NCBI RefSeq assembly: GCF_028641065.1
Contig: NC_073395.1
Span: 32,054,001-32,118,000, forward strand
Source: Leucoraja erinacea
Lineage: Eukaryota
Direction: 5' to 3'
Length of the DNA stretch: 64,000 nt
A program made the translations under genes and the position numbers. This document shows, piece by piece, positions 13,501 to 25,860 of this stretch. The notes beneath the pieces are model-generated. The model searched no databases. It saw only the letters and a list, made by a program, of their open reading frames with translations, and was not told the origin of the DNA. How positions within the stretch are numbered: the stretch's first letter is position 1; the number at the start of each line of letters is the position of its first letter.

Positions 13501-15138
13501 CATCGTCCCCATACGTTAGCGTCGACGGATTTTTGACTCCATCCACAGTCTGGCCCACCCGTCCATAGCGCTCCAGCGTTGTGCCGTCGAATCCGTGCTT
13601 CTGGCCGGTCCCCTCATGAAACGCCGCTTCAGACCCGATGGTAGGCCACGAGGACGGGTCGACGTGCTGCTCGGAGGAAAGCCGCCTCTCCGACTAGGTA
13701 GGGACTGAGAAATACAGTTCCCCCCTTCCCAACCCACCCCCACACATAAAAATAATTTGTTCCAAATAAAACACTTTTAAACATACTAAAAATAAAAAAA
13801 AGGAGTGAAAGGACGGACAGCTGCAGGCAGGGCACCCATAGCCAACTGGACGGCGCCTCCTAGATACAGTTGGTCGAGTGGTCCTCTGAGGCGGTCGTTT
13901 GAGGGTGCCAAGGCGGCCCTGGCCAATGCAACCATGTTGGTCCACCCGTGGGCCTCAGCCTCAATGGCCCTCACTGTAGACGGTGTCCTGGCCTTTTTCA
14001 GCCGTCAGCTATGAGCTCCCAGGCACAACTACAGCGCCTTCGACAGGGAGCTCCTGGCGTTGTACCTGGCCATCAGGCACTTCCACTACTTTCTCGAAGG
14101 TCGCATTTTCACTGCCTTCAATGACCACAAACCCCTCACCTTTGCCTTGGGTAATGTCTCCGACCCGTGGTCTGCCCGCCAGCAGCGAAACCTCGCTTAT
14201 ATCTCCAAATTCACCACAGCATGTCGCGGGAAAGCTCAACACCGTCGCTGACGCTCTGTTCCACCCCGCCATCCCCTCCATTTCGGCCGTAGACCACGGC
14301 GTGGACTACGAAGAGCTGGCTGCTGCACAGCATGCGGACGCTGGGATGGCGGACTACCGCACAGCTGTTTCTGGCCTCCAGTTGGCTGATATCCCGTGTG
14401 GATCCTTGGGCACGATGGTCCTCTACGATGTCTCCACCGGTCGACCTCGCCCCATCGTCCCCATACGTTAGCGTCGACGGATTTTTGACTCCATCCACAG
14501 TCTGGCCCACCCGTCCATACGGGTGACCTCTGCGCTGGTGGTGGACAAATTTGTTTGGCACGGTCTCCGCAAGCAGGTGATGGCCTGGACCTGTGCCTGC
14601 TTTCCCTGTCAGACCTCCAAGGTCCAGCGACACGTGCGGCCCCCGTTGCAGGGTTTTGACGCCCCTGCGGTCCGTTTCCTGCATTAAACGTTGACCTGGT
14701 GGGCCCGTTTCCGACATCCCGCGGTGCACCCATTTACTCACTGTCGTGGATCGATTCACGAGGTGGCCGGAGGCTATCCCGCTCTCGGATACCTCTGCCG
14801 CGTCTTGCGCCCGGGTCCTGGCGGCCAACTGGATTGCCCGGTTCGGGGTCCCGTCGGATATCTCCACCGACCGGGGGGCCCAATTCACTTCTTCTTTATG
14901 GTCTTCCCTCGCTCAGCTATATGGGGCGTCTTTGGGTAGTTTGGGCGATTGGCTGCTCCAGTCACGTGGGCGCAGGGAGCTCTATTTGCGTGTTTTTTAC
15001 CGAGTTGTTTCATTCTGGCGCCACACTTGTGGAAGTAACATCGTTTTGTTGGCTGACTTACCAACCAGAGTTTATTCACTGTTTTACTGTTACAAAATAA
15101 AACCCCTTAAATTCACTCACTGTCTCGACTCGCCAAAC
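10574..15138 (+). mobile_element. Degenerate Ty3/Gypsy LTR retrotransposon
   Basis: 5' LTR 10574-~10816; PBS TGGTGACCCCGACGTG (10818-10833, tRNA-Trp type). gag 10820-11521 (KLPVFW..QPQVWF), protease FLIDSGA, RT 12157-12888 (YLDD), RNase H (RELLA, DHKPL) and integrase (DRFTRWPEA, DRGAQF). 3' LTR ~14924-15138 is truncated at its 5' side. Many stops and frameshifts. Confidence 0.93.
12877..13860 (-). mobile_element. Non-autonomous retroelement inserted into the Gypsy pol
   Basis: Interrupts pol between RT and RNase H. The minus-strand 3' end GTGACAATAAA matches the LINE-type tail seen throughout the window. A related copy lies at ~31645-32130. Confidence 0.65.
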
Positions 15139-16849
15139 GATTTTATTATCAAAGGAAACATTTGATGAAATTATACAATTTTCAGTTTGACTGTTTCTTC
15201 TAACTCACTGGACTGGAATCTGTGATGATAAATAATGATGAGGTTACCAGCACTCACCATTATAACAGAGTAAATCAACTTCTATGGTATGCACACTGAA
15301 ACTCAGAAGTCGTGTTGACAGTGATCCCTTGTTTCTCCCCAGGTTGCCCTGTTGGGAACTTCCCCAACATAGTCTGCAGAAAACTATAAACTGTCAGGAA
15401 CTTAGAGGTATTAATGTATTCTCACAATTAAATAGTGTTAAAATACGAAGCAAATCGCAAATTACTAGAGGAACCCCGCAGGTCGAGCAGCGTCTGCAGT
15501 CTCTTGTGTCTCTGAAAATATTAAAATGTGTTGCATGAGGTACGTTACAACTTAATGTTTTATGGTATATCAAACTAAAATTACTGTTAATAATCTCACT
15601 GTTCTAAAAAAAAAACAAATGTTATATTTGTGAATTATCATTCAATGATTATTTCAAAATTGTGTACTTTAAAAATAAATAAAGGGCTACTTTTAAAAAT
15701 ATCAAGATATTTCAGCTTCTACCTTAATCTCATGTATCTTATTTAATTCCCTGTTACAAGTTGTTGCTTTAGCGTCATGCTTCGCATCAACTTGGACGCT
15801 ATGCTTGTTTGTCGGAGATCTCTTTGGTTTATGCCTGCAAGATAATGACTTTGAGGAAAGTTGAAATCCATTCAGTAGATCTTTGTTCAAGATCTTGTGG
15901 GCAGCTTCTCTGAGGTCAGTGCTAAGTGTCATTGATTCACTGCTGATTGTAATAATTGAGCTCATAGTATGAATTAGAGAGTGGCATGAATGAAGCAAGA
16001 AATAATTATTAGAAATGATTCAAAATCAAAGTATAAATAAATAGTGAAAGGAAGAAAGCAATTTTGGTTCAAAGTAACAAGATGCAAAGGTTTTGAAGGA
16101 GTTGTCTGGATAAGCCAGGAAACTACAGGCCAGTAGACCTTACCAACATACAATGAACTGCAAATGATGATTTACAAAAAAAAGTGTTGAAGTAACTTAG
16201 CGGGTCACGGAGCATCTCTCGAAGACATGGATAGATTACATTTTTGGTCGGGACCCTTCTTCAGACAGTAGGTCTAATGCCAATGATAGGTAGTTATTGG
16301 ATGGCATTCTGAGGCAAGATTTGTTTGAATTTGCAAAGGCAAGGTCAGATTAGGGAAGTCAGCAGAGTTTTTTTGTAGGGAATCATGTCTCCCAAACTTG
16401 ACTGAGTTTTTTGAAGAAGTGACCAAGTGGATTGAAGAGAGCAGGGCAGTAGACATTGTCCATATGGACCGTTGCAAGGTCTTTGACTGATTTGGAAGGT
16501 TGTAGCATATAGGATCTAGGGTGCAATAGGTAATTGGATACAAAATTGATTTGGTGGTTAGAGGATGGCAGTGTTGGGTTTCTTTTCAAATTGGAGGCTG
16601 GTGACCAGTCATGCACTGCATGGATCAATGATGGATCTCCTGTTTATCATATATTAATATATGAGCATGTTAGTGACATGATTAATAAATTTGCAGGTGG
16701 CACAAAAAGGGTCTGTTTCTCTGCTTTTCAACTATGACTACATTTAAAAATAAATTGTTGTGCAAATTAAAATGTAAGTATTAAAACCAAATGAGAATAT
16801 GATCAGAATTCAAATCTAATCTTTAAAACAGCTTTGATTATAACTGATC

Positions 16850-17480
16850 ATTTTAGAGTCATAAGAGTGTGGAAACAGGCCTTTCGGCCCAACGTGCCCA
16901 CACCAGCAAACATGTCCCAGCTACACTGGTCCCACCTGCCTGCGTTTGGTCCCTATCCCTCCAAACCTGTCCTATCCATGTACCTATCTAACTGTTTATT
17001 ATATGTTGGGATAGTCCCTGCTGTAACTACCTCCTCTGGCAGCTTGTTCTATACACCCACCACCCTTTGTGTGAAAAAGTTACATCTCAGATTCCTTTTA
17101 AATCTTTTTTCCTTCACCTTATACCTATGTCCTCTGGTCCTCAATTCACCTTCTGGGGCATGAGACTCTGTTCCTCTCATGATTTACCCGATCTATTCCT
17201 CTCATGATTTTATACACCTCAATAAGATCATGCCTCATCCTCCTTCGCCGCAAGGAATAGAATCCCAGCCTACTCAACCTCTCTCTATAGCTCAGATCCT
17301 CTAGTCCTGACAACATTCTCGTAAATCTTCTCTGTACCCTTTCCAGCTTGACATCTTTCCTATAACATGGTGCCCAGAACTGAACACAATAATCTATAAT
17401 GCGGCCTCACCGACGTCTTATACAACTGCAACATGACCTCCCACATAACCTCCAACATAACCTTTTGGTCGATGAAGGAG
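16850..17480 (-). mobile_element. CR1 LINE 3' fragment
   Basis: Reverse complement of the CR1 3' UTR and of the FFTQRVV / YCVQFWAP coding region. Confidence 0.8.
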
Positions 17481-18915
17481 AAAGATTAAAATGTTGATTA
17501 CTAAAACAAGTAGCAGGAAGAGCAAGATTCAACCAGACAGTATATTCTTTCTGCAAAAATATAATTTTAACCAAACAACGTGAGAGTGAGAGGGGCAACA
17601 ATTTTGGCTTGGAATTTGCCACTAGGTTTGCTGCTGCAGGACTAGATCACCTGTACTCATGTGTAATTCATTTACACGAGTTTTGTGCTGAAAAATGGCT
17701 TCAAGCCAATGTCCTTTATTATTTGCGTCATTTCTAATATACGTCTTCTGGAATTCCCTGCCTCTCGTCATGAAGCATTCAAAAGATTACTTAAATATAT
17801 TTTCAGAACTTTATACAAATAACTGATACAGTTACAATGTGTGGTGCCACCAATCATTAGTGTAACTTAGATTTCTGGTGTTTCTTGGCAAGTCTTTTGG
17901 CAATTTTAAAAGTTATTGAAACCTACACTTGACAAAAATGCTTTAATTCTCATCACAACTGACATTTGTTGAGACTTTTTCCACTATGCTGTGTCCCAAT
18001 CAGGTCTGCTGGAATAATCTAACCAATGAATGGAATGGAATACTTTATTGTCACGTGGCAAGGCATAGTGAAATTCTTTACTTGCATACCCAAGGTATGC
18101 AAATAGTCGCCACAGGGGTTGACAAAGTTACAAAGTACCCCCACTGGCTCCTCCTTTGTTCTCTCTCATGTCCTCTCCTCTCCTGTCCTGTCCTCCCCCT
18201 CCTGGCAGTGCCTCCACACCAGGTCCTCCATTATTCTTCCACCTTAGCATACACTTCTATAATACACTAACAGGAGGGGAAGGAAAGAAGTAGAGACATG
18301 AGCATTTGAGGATGCAATGCTACAGCAGTTACACAGCAAAACAACCAAATATGATGCATCTTAGCTTAGAGAGATACAGCATGGAAACAGGCATTTCAGC
18401 CCACCGAGCCCACACCGACCATTGATCACCCGTGCACTAGTCTATGTCCTGCACACTAGGGGCAATTTACTAAAGCCAATTAAACAACAAACCTATACAT
18501 CTTTGGAATGTGGGAGGAAACTGGAGCACCCAGAGAAAACCTATGCAGTCACAGGTGAACATGCAAACTCTGCACAGCCAGCACTCATAGTCAGGGTTGT
18601 ATGCGGGTCTCATGTGCTGTGAGACAGCAGCTCTACCACTGTGCTGCCTTGACAGAAATGTTAACCGCAGAGTCAAGTCTAAATATTTTGCACTGCAATA
18701 ATGTTGCCAATGTGGCGTCAGCTGATAATCAAACCACGCCAGTGGTTACGAGGGCTGTCACGTGACGTCATGGGGTTAAGGGAAGTGTCCTGCTACATAA
18801 GCATATCTCACCTTGAGATCACCCGAGTCAACAGGTAGCTGAGCTCGAGACAACACCCTTGCTGAGCTGCAGCAACAATTACATTATGTTTTGCACTGCA
18901 ATAATGTTGCCAGAC

Positions 18916-19542
18916 CAGGATCTGTCCTGGTCCCTCAATACCTCCAAACTGATCAAAAAGGCGCAGCAGCGCCTTTACTTCCTGAGGAGGCTCAAGAAAG
19001 CTCACCTGTCCCCCCAGATCCTGACCAACTTTTACCACTGTACCATCGAAAGCATCCTGACCACCTGCTTCACGGTATGGTACACCAGTTGCACCGTAGC
19101 TGACAAGAAGGCACTACAACGGGTGGTGAAAACCGCTCAGTACATCATCGGTGCCCTGCTCCCTGCCATGGATGCCCTCCACCGAAAACGGTGTCTGAGA
19201 CGGGCCGGGAAGATCATCAAGGACTCCACCCACCCTAACCATGGACTGTTTGCCCTCCTCCCATCAGGGAGGCGGTACAGGAGCCTCAGGTCTCGTACAA
19301 GTAGGATGAGGAACAGCTTCTTCAACAACACTATCACATTGCTGAACTCGGAGTCCCGCCGATAGATTTCTCCAGTCTCTCCGTCCACATTGTTTGCTTA
19401 TTCTGTATTTTCTATTTCTATAATTGCACTATTACTACGAACAGACGCTAAACTGCATTTCATTGTACCCATACTTGTATCTGTGCAATGACAATAAAGT
19501 TGAATTGATTGAAATTGAAATTGAAATTGAATTGAAATTGAA
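18916..19542 (+). mobile_element. Rex1/Babar LINE 3' fragment
   Basis: QDLSWS..KKAQQRLYFLRRLKK...LPSGRRYRSLRSRTSRMRNSFF; (AATTGA)n tail. Confidence 0.88.
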
Positions 19543-19543
19543 A

Positions 19544-21100
19544 TGTTAGAGGACCAAACTGTATTTCGAACCTAATATCTCACTGAATAAAGCAACTGTT
19601 TATTCACCACAAGGTACACAAAAATGCTGGAGAAACTCAGCGGGTGCAGCAGCATCTATGGAGCGAAGGAAATAGGCGACGTTTTCGGGCTGAAACCCTT
19701 CTTCAGACGTGTTTATTCACCACGTTTGGTGCCGCTACATTGGTGACCCCGATGATCCAAATTGGGATTTGGGATTTCTCCCGATACACACAGCCTCGGG
19801 AAACCTGATGTCTGCAGCCGACAGCCTAACCCTGCTACCGCCAACCCGGCCCTACCAGGAAGTGTGCCCCAGGTCCTGGCCTTGTGTGACGGCCGCCAAT
19901 CTCTCCAGCCGCTCCCACACCAGCTGCTGCAGGAGCTGCGAGTGGACCAGCTCCCCGCCCCCAGCATCGCGGACGTCTGCCCGACGGCCCCGGGAGCGGG
20001 TAGAGAGGGGGCCTACCCTGCCGGCCGCTGCTCAAGGTCTCGCCTCCCGATACAGCGGGCTTAGCTGGGGCGGCAGCCCAAAGACGTCCTCACTGAGTGA
20101 ACCCCGAAGATCCCTGGGCGCTGGCAGCCCACCCGATCGGGATGTGGTCGGCGCAGCATCGGGGTGGAACCTCGGCCAGTCGTGAGTCGGCGGTCCCGCG
20201 ATGGATCCTTCGGCAGCGTCCAGTCTCCGCCGAGGACGCGGCAGCGCAACCGGTCTCCGCCGACCTCGCCAACGCTGGGTGGAGTCCCTACCTGCAGCCG
20301 TGGGGTGAGGCCCGTCGATGTCGGCCGCCCCGCATGCTTCCGGGAAAAGCCTCGGTTGGCTGTATTTAAAGGCTGCCTCACCGACCGCCGCCAAAATGGC
20401 TGACGTAGTGACTGCAAAAATGGGTGCCGCGGCCAACCGGAAGAGACACTCGACCTTCCCTGACCGCCGTCAACAGCACCATCTTCAGATCGGCTGCCGT
20501 CACTGCAGCCTGACTGCCGTCCACAGCGCCACCTTCTGGCTGGATGCCGTCCCTGCATCCTGACCGCCGGCAACAATGCCACCTTCAGGTCAGATGTTAT
20601 CACTACAACCTCCAATTTTCCAGCACAGCTTCCCATCCTGCACCATAGACACTGGACAATTTGAACTTTCCTACCACTTTGCACTTGAATGCTCACTGTC
20701 GTTTGTTTTGTTTCTTTTTACTTTTTTACACTGTATCACCATGCCGGGTTTAGCAATTAATTTATTCTTACTTCTTTGTTTGCATTGTTGCTGACGTCTC
20801 TCAGCCATTGCTGGGTGCCATATTTCTCAGGACACGATCCCCTGCTGGTCTAGGAAATGCGACTGCGTCTCGTCCATCCTGCGGCTTTTGCATTGGTCTC
20901 CTCACACCCCTCGGCATACAGCCGAGATGGCCCACAGCCGGAGCGTCGACTGCGCCCGCAAGCCCCACCGTCCCAACCCATGGCCGGGGTGCCTCCGACC
21001 CACAGCAGGAACCGCCCTCGACCATGCGTGCACACCTTCTTGTAGAAGGTTAGCGTGTTCTATTTCTTCCTCCGGTTCTGGGAGGGGGGGGGGGGGGGGG
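19544..21100 (+). mobile_element. Internally deleted Gypsy-like LTR element
   Basis: LTR end GGTGCCGCTACA, then PBS TGGTGACCCCGA at 19741. Gag-like remnant LALCDGRQ..LLQELRVDQLP, GC-rich body, and a G-run (PPT-like) at ~21080-21100. The left boundary is approximate. Confidence 0.55.
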
Positions 21101-21379
21101 TCCACCGCGTCTGCACGGACCAGCGATCCCCGCACATTAACACCATCCTACACTAGGGACAATTATTACATTTATACCAAGCGAATTAACCTACAAACCT
21201 GTACGTCTTTGGAGTGTGGGAGGAAACCAAAATTTTGGGAGAAAACCCATGCAGGTCACGGGGTGAACATACAAATTCCGCGCAGACAAGCACCCAGGTC
21301 TCTGGCACTGTACGGCAGCAACTCTACCGCTGCTCGATTGTGCTGCTCCAGTTATTGTTGGGATTGTTGGCCCAATCAC

Positions 21380-22190
21380 AGGCGGTGACGAGTCAGTGTA
21401 CGGGAAAGAGAAAGAACGCCTGGTTGAGTGGTGTCACTACAACAACCTTTCACTCAGTCAGCAAAACCAAAAAACTAATTGCTGACTTCAGAAAGAGTAA
21501 ATCAGGAGACTATGGATCAGTTTTCATTGATGGGGCGGCGGTGGAGAGAGTTCGCAGCTTCAAACTCCTGGGCATTAACTTCTCGGATGACCTGTGCAGC
21601 ACATAGAACAAATCACAAAGAAGACATGGTAGCACCATTACAATTTTAAAGAGATTTGGCAGGTCTCTGAAAACTTCTGCCAATGCACAGTAGAAAGTAT
21701 CCTAATGTCATATCATGGCCTGGTATGGCAATTCCAAACCACAATTTCAATGCAGATGGGGGTGGACAGGCTAGTCCATCAGAGCACTGTCCCCACCACC
21801 TCCCTTCCTTCCTTTGAAAGCATCTAAGAGGCTCAATGGCATCTAAATGGCATCTTCTAACAAGGATCCCCATCACGGCCCTATTTTCACTGGTATCGTC
21901 AGGCATATGGCACGAAATCCTGAAGCCCCACACCACCAGGTTCAGGGCAACTACTTTCCTACAGCTATTAGGTTCGTGAACTGACCTACAGAAACCTAAT
22001 TCTACCTCAGCAACGGAAAACTATGGACCACCTCTTGAACGAGCATAGACTTGTTCCTAATTGTGTACTTTGCACTAACGTTTTTTATATACCCTTTTTT
22101 TTCCAGTCCATTAGAATTGATGTGTTGTTTCATTGTACCTGTACCTTATATTATTTGTGCATATAACAATAAACTTGACCTGACTTGTCA
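21380..22190 (+). mobile_element. Decayed Rex1/Babar LINE fragment
   Basis: KTKKLIADFRK..IDGAAVERVRSFKLLG; AATAAA followed by a (CTTGA)n-type tail. Confidence 0.75.
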
Positions 22191-22364
22191 ATTCAATGTA
22201 TGATCTAATTATCCCCAAACAAGGGAGGCGAATTTCTAGGCAGAGAGGGAAGACATGCTCCTGTCAACAGTGTTATTATAAGATCCAGATGAATATTTGC
22301 TTCTTGTGTAATTTTCACTGGCACACATTATTGGGAACTGTCACTCCTGATGCAATGTGCTTAC

Positions 22365-22566
22365 CCCTTGTGTTTTCTGCCTGCGGGTAGAGGATACCCG
22401 AGATGACGGTTTCAGGTGTCACAGCCACAAGCTCATTCCAAACGTCTTTGGTGTAAAAATCAACAGTGTGCGCGTTCGCTATTTTGAGGTAAAAGTCCAG
22501 GAAGTCGGTGAGACGTTTGATTTTACTCTTCACCAAGTCCAAGCCCACGTCAGCGGAGAGCGACAT
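22365..22566 (-). CDS. METTL25: METTL25 exon 1 (methyltransferase-like 25)
   Basis: MSLSADVGLDLVKSKIKRLTDFLDFYLKIANAHTVDFYTKDVWNELV; the IANAHTVDFYT motif matches the METTL25 N-terminus. GTAAG donor, phase 1. Head-to-head with CCDC59, as in human 12q21. Confidence 0.93.
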
Positions 22567-22983
22567 CGTTAGTGGGGAAGACCGTCACGGCCAATAAACC
22601 AAAGTTCGCAGGAAAGGCTGGCTCCAAACGGGGCTGAGGGAGGTTTCACTGAGGTGTTAGTTAGAACATTCCAGAGTACCATTAAAAGTCAGGACTACCT
22701 CCCTCCCGGGCGCTGTGCAACTTTGTGTAGAAGATCCTCCTGATATTAACTGGAGATCCTAGATCTCTATCTTAAAAAAAACCACGACTGGACACAAAGT
22801 GCTGTAGTAACTCAGCCGGACGGGCAGCATCTGTGGTGTGGAGGGGTGGGCGGGAGAATGATGGCTCGGGTCGAGACCCTTCTTCAGACTGAAGGCGCCT
22901 CAATGGGCGGATGGAGGCCGCGCAGGCACGCGCACGGCGTCGCGGGAACGAGCCCGCGCCCTCATGACGTCGACGAAGGCAAG
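22567..22983. promoter_or_regulatory. Bidirectional METTL25/CCDC59 promoter and 5' UTRs (CpG-rich)
   Basis: 417 bp between divergent ATGs, with high CpG. Contains a GGACTAC..TCCC motif (~22692, ZNF143/THAP11-like), a TGACGTCG CRE-like site (~22965) and AAGATGGCG (YY1-like, overlapping the CCDC59 start). Confidence 0.8.
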
Positions 22984-23209
22984 ATGGCGCCGAGCGGCGC
23001 ATGGCGGGGACGCGGCGGCGGCGGGTCGCGGAGACTCACTGGCGCTGGCGATGACAGCGGATCCCGGGGACCCTGTGATGGTGATGACGGTTCACGGCCC
23101 GGTAACCGTGCCAAGGGCGCGAGTCGCACAGACAAGACCACGATTTCAAAAAAGAAGTACCAGAGGAACCCCAATCATTTCAAGAAACGTTGGGGCAGTG
23201 TGAAGGAAG
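22984..23209 (+). CDS. CCDC59: CCDC59 (TAP26) exon 1
   Basis: aagATGg Kozak context; MAPSGAWRGRGGGG...KKRWGSVKEG; G/GTGAG donor, phase 1. Confidence 0.88.
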
Positions 23210-23413
23210 GTGAGGATGGCGAGCGGGGCCCGTGTTTTACTGGCCGTTTGGTCGTACGTTGGACGAAATGTTCGGCCACCTTTTGTCGATTCATCTGCAG
23301 CAAACCCATTGAGCGCCAACTGCAGTCCAGCGGAAGCTCAGTCAGGGACTTCTGTTACAGTTCAGGGCAAAAAGCAGTTCGAGGTCTTCTTTATACATCA
23401 TGGGGACATATTC

Positions 23414-23703
23414 TGTAAGGATAAGGGGGAAATCCTTTAAAACCGAGATGAGAAGAACTTTTTTCACACAGAGAGTAGTGAATCTCTGGAACTCTCTGCC
23501 ACGGAGGGTAGTTGAGGCCAGTTCATTGGCTATATTTAAGAGGGAGTTAGATGTGGCCCTTGTGGCTAAGGGGATCAGGGGGTATGGAGAGAAGGCAGGT
23601 ACGGGATACTGAGTTGGATGATCAGCCATGATCCTATTGAATGGCGGTGCAGGCTCGAAGGGCCGAATGGCCTACTCCTGCACCTAATTTCTATGTTTCT
23701 ATG
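23414..23703 (+). mobile_element. CR1 3' end
   Basis: Nearly identical to 5033-5320. Confidence 0.92.
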
Positions 23704-25244
23704 TAAGCAGATCAGTCATTTGAGTCCGTTTGGTCCATGCAGTGAGAGAGCATCTCATCAGCACCAAATGAAAGAAATGCAAATGATGAGCTGCTTCAAA
23801 CTGTTGTGAGTTTGCGGATTCTGGAAAGCAGTTAGATGAACGGGCATCCGTTGCATTTCCTGACTTTCATGGGAAGTTACTGTGAGATTGAAGAACAAAA
23901 CATGAAGTCGCAAATAGAATAGACCATTGTGAATGCTTTAAAAGGACGGGAGAAGAAAATTTGGTTGATGGTGGAATCATGTTGAAAATGGCAGAAATTG
24001 CAGCAAATAACCCATTCAATGGGGAAACCGGTTGGGTGGAAGATGGGAGGGTGGGAGTAGCTGGGGCAATACTTTTGCTACGCGGAGAGCAGTTGAAAGC
24101 TCAGAGATGAGGGAAAGAAAGGAGATGTGGTTGATAGATCAATTAACTATGGTGGAGGGAAAGCTACAGTTATGGAAAAACAGGTATCCCAGAGCCACTG
24201 GTGTGAAACATTTTACAACAGAAACAGAAACTGAGAATTGAATTGAGATCTTACTCAAAGCAGGGCAAGAGCAGGTTTTGGCAAGATAGCTTTGGACGCT
24301 GTGTGCCTGTATGGATATTGGTTGATACTCAATCCCTTGAGTTGAATGAAGAAATGGAAGACTGGAATAAGACGTGTCCATGTAAAACTACAAGCAGCAT
24401 AAAAAATGATACCAAAATTAATTACATTTTTGAGTTCTGTACAAAATGTGGCCACTAGTCCACCTATAAAATTCCTAGCTGTAGAGAAGGTAAGAGAGGT
24501 GCAGAGCAGGTGACACAAAGACTATTTTGATGCATCTCGCCTTGAGTCATTGCTTTTGCCGATCGCAGTTCAATATTAATTCAATAATATAATGAATAAT
24601 TAAAACATCTTTAGATTTGGAGAAAGTAAGTGGAGTTATGATAGATGTTACAGTTAATGACAAGACCCTAAACAACATTGATGTGCAGAGGGATTTTGGA
24701 GCCTTAGTTCAGAGCTCACTAAACGTGGCGGCACAAGTAGATGTGGTCTTTAAGACTTTGTTTAGGCTTCATTTGGAGAATTGTGCGCAGCTCTGCTCAC
24801 TCTGTTAAAGTGAAGATGTAGAAACTTTGGAGAGAATGTATTCTTGGATTGCTTTCTCTTATATACTTTTATAGAAGTATATAAAATGGTGAGAGACATA
24901 GATAAGATAGGCAGTCAGAACCTTTCTCCCAGGGTGAAAATGTCAGACACTAGAGTACATAGCTAGAAGGTGAGTGGAGGGAAATATAATGGAGATATGC
25001 AGGGCAAGTATTATTTTTACACAGAGAGTGGTGGGAACCTGGAATGCATTGCCAGAGGTAGTGGTGGTGGCAGATACCATAGTGGCGTGTAAGAAGCTAA
25101 TTGTTAGGCATGTGGATTTGCACGGAATGGAAGGATATGGATCACTTGCAGTCAGATTAGATCAGTTCAGCTGGGCATCATGTTTGGCACAAACATTATT
25201 GGCCGAAGGCCGTGGTCCTGTGTGGTACTGTTTTAAATACTATG

Positions 25245-25860
25245 ATAGACTGGAGTATCCCGCTGGAGTAACGCAGCATCTTTGGAGAGAAGGAATGGGT
25301 GATGTTTCGGGTCGGGACCCTTCTTCAGACTGATTAGGGGTAAGGGAAACGAGAGATATAGACGATGATATAGAGAGATAAAGAACAATGAATGAAAGAC
25401 ATGCAAAAACGTAACGATGATAAAGTAAACAGGCCATTGTTAGTTGTTTGATGGGTGAAGACAAGAAGCTAGTGCGACTTGGGTAGCTGTGGGCTAGAGA
25501 GAGAGAGAGAGAGAATACTGGGGCTAACTGAACAGAATAATCAATATTCATACCACTGGGCTGTAAGTTACCCAAGCGAAATCTAAGATGCTGTTCCTCC
25601 AATTTGTGTTTAGCCTCACTCTGACAATGGAGGAGACCTAGGATAGAAAGGTCTCCGTGAGAATGGGAAGGAGAATTAAAGTGTCTAGCAGCCGGGAGAT
25701 GTAGGTTCAAGTAGGACTGAGGAAAGGTGTTCTACATCGATATCCTCATTCTTTATGGAACGGGGGGGTTCCCCTCTCCCATCATAGATGAGGCCCTCAT
25801 TCATGTCTCCCCGGTACCACGCAGCTCTGCCTTTGCTCCCACTCCCCCTAGTCGCAACAG
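25245..25860 (-). mobile_element. Penelope-like element remnant (GIY-YIG C-terminus plus terminal repeat)
   Basis: ARHFNSPSHSHGDLSILGLLHCQSEAKHKLEEQHLRFRLGNLQPSGMN, followed by a repeat containing CTGAAGA..GAAAC. Confidence 0.8.

Noticed and set aside
11010-14888. Many overlapping and antisense ORFs
   Set aside because: Shadow frames of GC-rich Gypsy sequence.
15702-15998. 98-aa minus-strand ORF as an extra METTL25 exon
   Set aside because: No METTL25 similarity, and exons 1 and 2 already join in phase.
19709-21388. GC-rich ORF cluster that looks like a CpG-island gene
   Set aside because: It follows an LTR end and PBS and ends at a PPT-like G-run, so it is best explained as a deleted LTR element.
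22846-23418. 190-aa ORF as a single-exon gene
   Set aside because: It is CCDC59 exon 1 extended into promoter and repeat sequence upstream and into intron 1 downstream.
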